DNA from: a bacterium
GTDB lineage: Bacteria > Patescibacteriota > Microgenomatia > Woykebacterales > RBG-16-39-9b
Reading direction: 5' to 3'
NCBI GenBank assembly: GCA_030704665.1
Contig: JAUYID010000009.1
Location: 160,454-224,453, forward strand
DNA length: 64,000 nt
The number at the start of each line of letters is the position of its first letter. Position 1 is the first letter of the stretch. The notes under the pieces were generated by a model. It made no database searches. It had not been told where the DNA came from and worked only from the letters and a program-made list of their open reading frames with translations. Of the stretch, positions 31,601 through 41,898 are shown piece after piece. Both the position numbers and the translations under genes were made by a program.

Positions 31601-34600
31601 CTCCGACGGCGATAATGTCACCGGCAGCTCCGACGCCAGTAATTTCTTTCCAGGTTAAGGTGTTTCCAGTTTGCCAGGTAAGAACATAATCAGCGGAAGG
31701 GGGAAGAGAATCGTCGTCAGGTAAAGTGTAAATTCGGTCAGTGGTGATCGCGTCCGGAGCTTTGAAGCCAGCATAGCCGCTACCGTTGGCAGCAAGCTCG
31801 AGAAAGCGCAGTTCACCAGTATTTCCTGCCCCGCCTCCCGTGGGGTTTAGTAGTAAGCCAACAAAGGTAGGAGAACTTGTAGTTAGTAGGTCTTGGTTCA
31901 AACTGACATCAGCTCCACTCACAGTTAAGGTTCTTGAAGTTGTCCCACCGGAAAGAGAGAAACCGTCTGCGTTGGCTGAAGCCAATGTCTTAGTACTTCC
32001 AGCACCTGTATCAACAACTGCATAACCGGAGACATCAGGGAAGACTAAGGAACGTATTCCGGTAGGGGCGGTTCCAATATATAAATACTGGCCCGAGCTA
32101 GTGTCTCCAAAAACTAGGTTTCCCGAAACAATGTTTAGGTTCGTACTTCCAGACGGGTTGTTGATTTTTAAGTTGCAGCCAATACCAAGGACAGAATTGC
32201 AGACTTCGATCGTTTTATCACTTGCATCGCTGAAAAGTAGGTTAGCATCACTGATAGTCAAGGTTCCACTGGAATTTATTGATAGAGCATCACCCCCGTC
32301 ACCAATGCTGGCTGAAGTAGTAAAATTGATATCTCCACTTACAGTTAGCTCATCGCCGATAACCGCGCTCGAGTTGGTTTGAAGAGTGGTTGCGACCAAA
32401 AGACTGCCACCCAAAGTAGTATTGCCGTCAAAATCAACCCGAAATTCTTCGGTAGCACAGCTAGCACCAGTGCAGAGGTGTATTAGATCGCCACTAGCTC
32501 CGGTTTTGTTGATGTAAATTGAGTTTCTCGTGGTGTTGTCTATGTCAGCAAGGGCTGAGCCCGGGTTGTCTGGGTCTTCTGGAGCAAGATGGACAAAAGC
32601 GTTGCCGACGACACCTCCACTGGCGGAACAAGAAGCAATCAGGTTTGTGGTTGTATTGTTACGACAGAGAACTTCTGTATTTAGATCAGGAGCAGCTAAA
32701 GATCCGGTTAGTTCAATGTTGGCATCAAACCGGACTAGAGATTGAGAGTGAATGCCATAGTCCCAGCCAGTTCCAACACTGATTCCTGTTTCTGACCCCG
32801 AACCCCCCGTGATTCCCGAAATCGAAATCCCGTTGATGGTGCTGGTGTTGTTACTGGGAGCCGAGATTGTTAGTGGAGTTGTGTTGATATAAGGAGTAGC
32901 GAGATTTAAAGCTCCGAAATTGTTAAGAGTAAAAATATTGGTTCCACCATAGGCAACTCTCAAATAATTTCCAGAAGTAGTTGCCGCAATCGTAGCAGAG
33001 TAGGCAGTTGCCGGACCAGCAGTAATGCTATTTACAAAAACCCGAGCGTAATAGCGGGGTGTGACACCGGTCTCTGCACTTTGTATCCAACCACCCGGAA
33101 CAGCCCAAGTGACAGTACCGTCACTTGTTAAATTGCTAGTTCCGTCGGAGACCCCAGTCAAACTACTCCAAGTATCACAGGCCGTTGCGGTGGAAGCGTT
33201 GGCACTACAATATTCCCAGCTAACGCTAGTTGGGGCCCCCGCCAAAGTAGCAAAATCAATATAAACGCGGCTAAAGGGGGTACTTTCGCCGAAATTGAGG
33301 CTGTCATTTGCAGAAGCCCCAACCGTAAAAGGAGTACCCCCCAAACTAGCTGCCTCAGACGTTACCGTAGAAGTGGGTGTTCCATTGATAGAGTAGAGGA
33401 CATGGTCGAAAACCCCGTCAGTCGAAGAAGCCCCACTAATATCGATATAGTCTCCGGTGAAAGTTGCCGCCCGATTTTCTAAACGAATCACATCAGTTGT
33501 TGAAGTATTGCTGGTTGCAGCGCGCGCGTAAATGTTGGCGCTATCTGCTCCTTCTGAATAGAAAGCGTAGTCGTTGGTTCCTCCGGTCAAGTTTAGAGCG
33601 TGGATCCCGTATTGATTAGTTAAGGTTCCACCAGTGGGAACTTGGTTGTTGATCAAAAAGCCGTTTAAGTTAGTTACGGTTACTCCAGTGGTTACTCCAG
33701 AGCCAAGAAAGGAACTTGAGGTGGAGAATTGGTTGACATTGCTAACTGTCAAAGAAGCGGTTCCAGGATCATCAACTAGTAAATCAAAAAAACTAGAGTA
33801 GTTTACCAGGGCAGAAAGGGTGTGGGCTCCGGTGGCGCTGCTAGCTACCTCTACGTTTGCGACATTGGATAAGTTGATGTTGTTGGTAAGTATATTTACT
33901 CCTGGTTGGTTAATAAGGTAAGTCGGGGAAATAATTTGAAAAAGATCTGCTCCGGCCAAAATATCGGGAGAAGTGTTGACGATAATTGTTGGGTCAAAAG
34001 TTAGAGCTGCAAGACTAGCCGCGGCAATATTTTTTACATAATTACCACCAACGTGGATGACTGGGCTTTGGATAGCCGTGACTTCGGTCACTGCGTTGGC
34101 ATCAGCCGGGTCCACATTAATTTCGATAGCGTTTTCCCAACCCGTGCCGATTCTTAAACCCGCTTCATTGATAGCATTGTTGGGAGTCACATTGCTGACT
34201 AAAATGGCATTTAAAACCGGTGTTCCGGAGGGGGAGCCGCCAGTATAGCCACTAACATCTACAGTTAGACCGTTTAAATCGCCAGTCAAAGTAGTTGCAG
34301 AGGAAGCCTCTACATTGATCAAACCGCCGCTACTAAGGGAACTACGCACATCCAGAGTGCTAGTCGGAGAGTTGGTTCCAAGGCCTAGATAGTTGTTGGT
34401 GTTATTAAAAAAGAAATTTGAATTGTCCTGAGTCAGAAGCCCGCCGCTGCCGGCAAAAATTACCGAGCCAGGAGTAAAACTAGAAACTGCCTGGAGAGCT
34501 ACTGTTCCGGAGAGATTGGGCAAAGTGTAAGTCCGCTCAGAGCTTAAAGCGGTTGCAGTTAAAAGGCCTTGAGAGCCGTTGTGAAAATAAAGTTCGTTGC

Positions 34601-35786
34601 CCGCCCCACCGTCAGTAAAAGCTGCTCCGGCTAAGATATCACCAATTGCGGTTATATCACCGTTTTTACCTTGACCAGCACAATTGCCACTATTGAGACA
34701 CAAAGTACCAGATTGATCAGGTAAAGAGATGTTTCGATCGGAAGTTAAGGTTGCAGTTTCAAGGAGAGCGCTAAAACTCCCACTTGGGAAGGCGACTCCT
34801 TCTTTGGCATGAACTAGAGAATTAAAATCAGTTTCGACATTGACATTAAAATAAGGATCGATACTGCTTGCCAGTACTACCCCTCCGTTGATTGTCTTGC
34901 TTAAGTCTAGACTTTCAAAAGCAGGACGGGAAAAGAAAAGGCCTTTGGCAAAACTGCCAATCAGTAAAGTTAAAGGAAGAAAAATCAAAATTAGGAAAAC
35001 AGGCAGGGCAAAATTGCGCGAGAGTTTTAAACTCTTGGCAAAACCCCCCGCCAGAAAGGAAGGCTTCTGAGCTTTTATCTCCTCAAGGCTAGGGGAGAGA
35101 GAAACTTCAGGAAAATTTAATTGAGGACGAGCCGGAATAGTGGTGAAAGTTGGCAGTAGAGTGATAGGAAAAGATGTACTTTGATGATTTTGTTGAGCTG
35201 CTTGTCTTGTTTCTGTCTCACTATTTTCTTTATCCTCATTTTTTTCTTCGACCTGTCTTTCTCTCAACAAAGCCTGGATCGTTTTACCTGATTTTAGTTC
35301 TTGGTCAATACCAACTAGGGTTTCAACGACTGACTCTCGATAAGCCCCAGTTGGTGCTGAGAGAGAAAAAGACTTACGGGTGGCATTGGGAAGAAGACCA
35401 ATCTTGGTGTAATAGCGCAGACGGTTGCTTGGATCCCCCTTACCAAAATCAACACCGGCATTTTTAGCTCGGCTAATGATTTTTTCGATCGGTAGCAGGT
35501 CATCCTTATTTTCCCGAAGAATTGCTTGGATTGATTCACCGGACTTGAGGTGGCGATCAATTTCAACAATTTTTTCAACGACTGACTCTCGATAAGCGCC
35601 GGCTGGAGCAGAGCTAGCAAACGATTTTCGGGTCGCTTTTGGCAAAAGCCCAATCTTGGTGTAGTAGCGTAGACGGTTGTAGGGATCTCCTTTACCGAAG
35701 CTAGCACCAAGGTTTTTGGCACGTTCAATAACTTCTGGGAAAGAAATGAGGAGGTCGCTTGAATTGGGCAGATTTCCTTTAGCCAT
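28674..35786 (-). CDS. Giant (2370 aa) membrane-anchored protein. N-terminal tandem MerR-HTH-like repeats, one TM helix, then about 2100 aa of Ser/Thr/Gly/Asn-rich extracellular region. Shares a C-terminal module with the 1645-aa giant protein.
   Basis: Two about 70-aa repeats containing NRLRYYTKIGLLPKATRKSF...GAYRESVV (compare the MerR motif TIRYYE..GLL.P.R...GYR.Y). TM FALPVFLILIFLPLTLLIGSF at about aa 235. C-terminus YFAEEFNSFRGG ... DVDYFRVWQDD ... SLIYLTPKTKTAGLSLYIKE ... FNWLLV is paralogous to 48867-49900. Confidence 0.75.
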   Translation of the reverse strand: MAKGNLPNSSDLLISFPEVIERAKNLGASFGKGDPYNRLRYYTKIGLLPKATRKSFASSAPAGAYRESVVEKIVEIDRHLKSGESIQAILRENKDDLLPIEKIISRAKNAGVDFGKGDPSNRLRYYTKIGLLPNATRKSFSLSAPTGAYRESVVETLVGIDQELKSGKTIQALLRERQVEEKNEDKENSETETRQAAQQNHQSTSFPITLLPTFTTIPARPQLNFPEVSLSPSLEEIKAQKPSFLAGGFAKSLKLSRNFALPVFLILIFLPLTLLIGSFAKGLFFSRPAFESLDLSKTINGGVVLASSIDPYFNVNVETDFNSLVHAKEGVAFPSGSFSALLETATLTSDRNISLPDQSGTLCLNSGNCAGQGKNGDITAIGDILAGAAFTDGGAGNELYFHNGSQGLLTATALSSERTYTLPNLSGTVALQAVSSFTPGSVIFAGSGGLLTQDNSNFFFNNTNNYLGLGTNSPTSTLDVRSSLSSGGLINVEASSATTLTGDLNGLTVDVSGYTGGSPSGTPVLNAILVSNVTPNNAINEAGLRIGTGWENAIEINVDPADANAVTEVTAIQSPVIHVGGNYVKNIAAASLAALTFDPTIIVNTSPDILAGADLFQIISPTYLINQPGVNILTNNINLSNVANVEVASSATGAHTLSALVNYSSFFDLLVDDPGTASLTVSNVNQFSTSSSFLGSGVTTGVTVTNLNGFLINNQVPTGGTLTNQYGIHALNLTGGTNDYAFYSEGADSANIYARAATSNTSTTDVIRLENRAATFTGDYIDISGASSTDGVFDHVLYSINGTPTSTVTSEAASLGGTPFTVGASANDSLNFGESTPFSRVYIDFATLAGAPTSVSWEYCSANASTATACDTWSSLTGVSDGTSNLTSDGTVTWAVPGGWIQSAETGVTPRYYARVFVNSITAGPATAYSATIAATTSGNYLRVAYGGTNIFTLNNFGALNLATPYINTTPLTISAPSNNTSTINGISISGITGGSGSETGISVGTGWDYGIHSQSLVRFDANIELTGSLAAPDLNTEVLCRNNTTTNLIASCSASGGVVGNAFVHLAPEDPDNPGSALADIDNTTRNSIYINKTGASGDLIHLCTGASCATEEFRVDFDGNTTLGGSLLVATTLQTNSSAVIGDELTVSGDINFTTSASIGDGGDALSINSSGTLTISDANLLFSDASDKTIEVCNSVLGIGCNLKINNPSGSTNLNIVSGNLVFGDTSSGQYLYIGTAPTGIRSLVFPDVSGYAVVDTGAGSTKTLASANADGFSLSGGTTSRTLTVSGADVSLNQDLLTTSSPTFVGLLLNPTGGGAGNTGELRFLELAANGSGYAGFKAPDAITTDRIYTLPDDDSLPPSADYVLTWQTGNTLTWKEITGVGAAGDIIAVGDIASGAAFTATAGGDGNSLFFEGATADSFEIELTAADPGADKTVIIPVSSAASDSICLLTLGNCAGSGGIIGGSGTDGRIAKFTPDGSHIGDSILNETGGNIDLTSGNLLLSAITRITSAGVSTFTTGTYNGVNTAGNGADVLTLSGSLAAFDGSDTFRGLYLNYTNADHTGSSNTFNGIDIAGITADAQATENAINIGAGWDNAINFVGASNLALANSTSNALTIKNGSNTYFSISTLEDLGGNVHTISLEVPTGAAATSKIDLGAGTSNKQINIGYNNDSPGISLINIGNTNASSTISLFSGVQTATAITASVDALTSGTGFVTSAGALTEGKAVQITAENTLSSGRLLDIQLNPNFLNWSGATISGNLVNVEEAVFSDTGTSTRSGNLLSLSRTTINDGTALNITGAVASFTSSWTGFGSAVTDSANILSLNQAYPSATGAVLSIANSGSGADIRLNKAASVFTINTAGANSVTSLTLNNAASTNLLQIRDLTGNSTQFGSLVLADAFVSKQSYFAEEFNSFRGGNCADSSFTATSHQQARGEYGNPATSCTAQTGEITTNSIAGTSNASNTCTYSSNNATNGFERIASSYNTGTGVACLESIGTNANNTNNNIFNTGNFPQVVMKVRTNVSATTTRYYAGISNIATAKNAPVVGDKGVYFSTCSAPTTPTCNTTGWYGVVQDGTNAANVVTCPTTGFGTTNFSYLRIEFRKATSTTSPEIQFFVDNDVTNGIVETSCGTVTSTTSAMGNTAMSMFLMSVTTAAGTANLDVDYFRVWQDDSITQPENSDLLTTVAEGETQNQETGSSNPTDVSTLALDDSALAKLSLDEEKNLVASLSAQSQFKVKNAFGEVVASISDLGEAIFSSVQATFVRVQELVIGERLTIKKTAQIAGTASFEAGQEEVTIQTPKVKSESLIYLTPKTKTAGLSLYIKEVKEGESFTVGLDSSLESNAPVTAPKAVEFNWLLVDQEE
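35260..35745 (-). repeat. Tandem direct repeat of about 210 bp, two copies, encoding the duplicated N-terminal HTH-like modules of the giant protein
   Basis: Nucleotide-level similarity between 35290-35500 and 35500-35740, e.g. ccaatcttggtgta(a/g)tagcg(c/t)agacggttg repeated. Confidence 0.6.
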
Positions 35787-35842
35787 GGCAGGTTGGGTTT
35801 AAGGCTATTTCTCGCGACTTACCGTCACGGGAAATGTACCTA

Positions 35843-35871
35843 AATTGTACCCATTATATTAATGTAAGTCA
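35843..35871 (-). promoter_or_regulatory. Sigma70-like promoter (TTGACT-17-TACAAT) for the giant protein gene, with a near-palindrome in the spacer
   Basis: Minus strand reads caaacTTGACTtacattaatataatgggTACAATttagg. The spacer contains cattaatataatg, a near dyad. Confidence 0.45.
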
Positions 35872-35914
35872 AGTTTGAAAAAAGGACAGAAAAAGTGTTT
35901 TTGCGTGGCTATTT

Positions 35915-35923
35915 GTGTTATAA
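35915..35923 (+). promoter_or_regulatory. Extended -10 element (TGtTATAAT) upstream of the ATP synthase operon
   Basis: tgttataat lies 23 nt before the ATG at 35946. The -35 is weak. Confidence 0.35.
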
Positions 35924-35945
35924 TTAGTTTATTGAAAAGCCTGCC

Positions 35946-36722
35946 ATGAAACTTCGAGTAATTTTTTTGCTTATTTTCATAACCCTTTTTTTAACAAGCA
36001 AAGCTTTTGTTTTGGCCCAAGATTTCAGCAACGGACAAATAGCAAAAAATCTGCCGGTTGAAGACAAGGGTGTGTCTAGCGGTGACATAGTTTCCAAAAG
36101 TGACACTGGTCTAGTTCGAGCCAGCAGCGCCTATGACAAAAACCTTTTCGGGGTCGTCGTTGAAGATCCGAGTTTGAGTCTAAACAAAACATCCTCAGAG
36201 AGTTTCCCAATAGTTTCTTATGGTGTATCAAAAGTTAAATTAAGTGATCAAAATGGATCAATAAAAAAGGGCGACTTCGTCACCTCAAGCAAAACTCTTG
36301 GCGTTGGTCAAAAAGCGACAGACTCTGGTTTTGTCCTGGGTAGAGCTTTGGAGGACTTAAACTCAAAAACTGGACAAGTCTCAGTTTTTATCAATATTCA
36401 GTACAAGGCCGCCGACAGTCCGCAAAATGCCGTTTCTAAGGCAATTTCCAAGGCGGCTGAAGCTTTTACTTCTCAGCTTGAAAACCCTGAAAATTTTCCC
36501 GTGATACTGCGTTACTTACTCGCGGTTATCTTGGCTGGTCTGTCCTTCGGCTTTGGTTTCCTTTCCTTTGTTCGGGCCTTACGACGAGGCATTGATGCCA
36601 TTTCCAGAAATCCTTTGGCCAAAGGTAGCATCCAGTTTGTGGTCTTTCTGAATTTGGTCGGAGTCTTTGTGATCAGTGCCGCAGGAGTTGGTCTCGCTCT
36701 TTTTATCATTTTTTATAAATAA
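35946..36722 (+). CDS. ATP synthase F0 c-subunit-like hairpin fused to a secreted N-terminal domain of about 180 aa. Atypical first gene of the atp operon.
   Basis: Signal peptide MKLRVIFLLIFITLFLTSKAFVLA, then a soluble beta-rich domain. The C-terminal 75 aa read AVILAGLSFGFGFLSFV...ISRNPLAKG...FVVFLNLVGVFVISAAGVGLALFIIF: a two-TM hairpin with GxGxG helix 1 and an R-N-P loop. Helix 2 has no Glu or Asp at the ion-binding position. No atpB precedes it. Confidence 0.5.
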   Translation: MKLRVIFLLIFITLFLTSKAFVLAQDFSNGQIAKNLPVEDKGVSSGDIVSKSDTGLVRASSAYDKNLFGVVVEDPSLSLNKTSSESFPIVSYGVSKVKLSDQNGSIKKGDFVTSSKTLGVGQKATDSGFVLGRALEDLNSKTGQVSVFINIQYKAADSPQNAVSKAISKAAEAFTSQLENPENFPVILRYLLAVILAGLSFGFGFLSFVRALRRGIDAISRNPLAKGSIQFVVFLNLVGVFVISAAGVGLALFIIFYK

Positions 36723-36724
36723 AA

Positions 36725-37429
36725 ATGCAAGAGTTTTTTTTCATCAGCCTTTTACTAAACGCCCTCGCTCTGATCTTGGTTGTCTTCTTGGTTTATCGAG
36801 GAGACAAGACTCTAAACGAATTTCGTCCGTATGCAAAAGACTTAGCTCGGTCTAGAAAAGAACTCGATGAGCAGGCGTTTAGTATCGTTTCTCAAGCCAG
36901 AGCCCTGGCCGAGCAAATTGTTAGGAACGCTACTAGCGAGGGTGAGGTAAATGTTGAGGCAAGTAGAACATTAACAAAAACCCTGGAGGGAAGTTTAGCC
37001 AGGCAGCTTCAAGAAACAGTCTCAGAAAGTAAAGAAATGATACAAAGAGAAACAAGGGACAGTGTTGAGAACTATCAAAAAAATCTGCTGGATCTAAGTA
37101 TTGATTTGGGAAATTACAGCAAAGAGCTAAAAAAGAAACTCTTGGACCAAGCCAACAACGAAATTTCCTCTCTTTCCCAAAGTATTGAAGAGGAGATTTT
37201 GCAGGTGAGAGGGGAAACAGAGAAAAAAATTAACCAGCGTTTGGCGAGCAGCGAAGCAGAAATTTTAGCTTTGCAAGAAAAGAAAATCAAATCTATTGAG
37301 GAAAACATTTATCAACTCCTAACAGAAATAGCCAAAAAGACTCTCGGCAAATCAATTGATTTGACAACCCACGAAGATCTTGTCATGGAAGCGCTCGAAA
37401 AAGCCAAAAAGGAGAAATTTTTCTCATGA
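36725..37429 (+). CDS. atpF: ATP synthase F0 subunit b
   Basis: One N-terminal TM helix, then a long charged coiled coil. Position in the operon. Confidence 0.7.
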   Translation: MQEFFFISLLLNALALILVVFLVYRGDKTLNEFRPYAKDLARSRKELDEQAFSIVSQARALAEQIVRNATSEGEVNVEASRTLTKTLEGSLARQLQETVSESKEMIQRETRDSVENYQKNLLDLSIDLGNYSKELKKKLLDQANNEISSLSQSIEEEILQVRGETEKKINQRLASSEAEILALQEKKIKSIEENIYQLLTEIAKKTLGKSIDLTTHEDLVMEALEKAKKEKFFS

Positions 37430-37929
37430 ACAGTGAAGAGCTTGCAGCTAAACTACTTGCTCAACTCAACACTCAGGAAGACCTCATCAACTTGGTTGAT
37501 GAGCTCGAGGCTCTCTCAAGACGAGTTTTTCAAGCCGGTAAGCTCAAGGAAGAGGTCAGAACAAAATTCAGCCCGAGGTTAGAAGAAGTTTTTGTAGTCC
37601 TAAGGCAAGAGCAAGCTAGGCTCTCTAGTTCAGAAGACCAGGAAAGATTTTTCAGAGAACTAGTTAATTCTTTACTCAAGGTTAAAATTGCCAAGATTGT
37701 CTTTGCCTTTACTCCGAGTCAAGAGTTTTTAGAAAAGATAAAAACTCTTCTTGAGCAAAGGACAAAGGAAAAAATAGTTCTCGATATCTCTATTCAAGAG
37801 GAATTGATTGGCGGAATCCAAATCGAGTACAACGGTCTTTACCGTGATTATTCAGTCAGCACTGCCCTGGAAAACTTCTTTAACGACAAAACACAAGTAA
37901 ACACTTTGATACAGAAGGGGAGACTTTGA
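37426..37929 (+). CDS. atpH: ATP synthase F1 subunit delta (OSCP)
   Basis: 167 aa helical protein between b and alpha. 4-nt overlap with atpF. Confidence 0.65.
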   Translation: MNSEELAAKLLAQLNTQEDLINLVDELEALSRRVFQAGKLKEEVRTKFSPRLEEVFVVLRQEQARLSSSEDQERFFRELVNSLLKVKIAKIVFAFTPSQEFLEKIKTLLEQRTKEKIVLDISIQEELIGGIQIEYNGLYRDYSVSTALENFFNDKTQVNTLIQKGRL

Positions 37930-39390
37930 TGCGGGGGTTTAAAGACTATTTACAAGAAAGTGGGGAAATTGGTTACATCCAATCAATTGTCCACTCGATT
38001 GTTTATGTTTCTGGTTTACCCGGAGCGAAGCCAAGAGAAGTGGTGATGGCTGAAGGTGGGCAGAGGGGGATCATTCAGTCTCTTCTTCCCGATAGTGTCG
38101 AAGTCCTCATGCTCGAAACTCACGATCTAAAAAACAACTTAGCGGTGACTCGAACCAAGCAGTACTTTACTATTCCAGTTTCTGAGCAGATTCTCGGTCG
38201 TATTGTTGATCCGTTCGGACACCCAGTTGATGGTCTTGGTCCAATCCCGGGTGAAAAGAAACCAATGTCGATCGATCCAGGAGCTCCACCGCTGCACACG
38301 CGGGTTAAAATTGATAAACCTCTGGAAACAGGGGTACAGACAGTTGATCTGATGGTTCCGTTGGGTTATGGACAACGGGAACTAGTGATTGGTGATAAAA
38401 AAACTGGTAAAACTATTTTCCTCTTGCAAACTATCGTCAACCAAGCTTCAAAAGGAGTAATCTGTGTTTACGTTTCAATCGGAAAAAGACAAAGTGATGT
38501 CAAGGCGGTGGAAGAGTATTTAAAACATTGGAGTGGGGCTTTCAACAACTGCACTATCCTGGTTGCCAACTCTGCTGACCCGGCCAGTATGATTTACCTA
38601 TCGCCTTTTTCTGGTTTTGCGATTGCTGAGTTTTTTCGTGAACAGGGCAAGGACGTGCTGATTATTTTTGACGATCTCACCAATCACGCCAAATTCTATC
38701 GTGAAATTTCTTTGCTTTCAAAAAGAACCCCGGGAAGAAGTTCTTACCCAGGAGACATCTTTAATTTGCATGCTTCTATGCTTGAGAGGGCAGGTAATAT
38801 TAAATACGGTGATAAAACAGTTAGTATTACCGCTTTACCAGTCGCAGAAAGCTTTGAAGGGGATATTACGGGGTATATCCAAACCAACTTGATGTCAATC
38901 ACCGATGGGCACATCTTTTTTGATGTTGAGCTTTTTCGCAATGGTGCCAGACCTTCAATCAACCACGCTTTGTCAGTCTCTCGGGTAGGAAATCAGACTC
39001 GTGGCAAGCTTGACAAAGAACTGGCTCAGAAACTGAGAGAAGCCTTGGCAAAATATGAAAAAGACAAAGAAATCGCCCGGTTTGGAGTCGATTTACCACA
39101 GGCTACCAAAACAGAAATTGATCTTGGAGAAAAAATTGAACTGATTTTCAATCAAGACACTGAGTCTCTGGTGCCAAGAGAGCTCTCACTGATGCTTTTT
39201 GGACTCCTTCTCGGCGGCTTCTGGGCTGGAAAGAATGTTAGCTCGGTCAAAGTTGACGTCATAAAAATCACCGAGAAGTTTCAAAAGGGTGAACTAAATG
39301 ACTTTCTCACTAGACTTGCCAAGATAGACAAAATAGATGATTTGCTCTCCACGGTCAAAACTTTTTACGACCAGGTAACTGAGAAACTTT

Positions 39391-39398
<8 letters not shown>
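37929..39398 (+). CDS. atpA: ATP synthase F1 subunit alpha
   Basis: Walker A GDKKTGKT. Alpha-specific blocks (ILGRIVDPFG, LSKRTPGR, ITDGHIFF). ATG at 37929 preferred over TTG at 37926. Confidence 0.85.
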
Positions 39399-41896
<2,498 letters not shown>

Positions 41897-41898
41897 GT

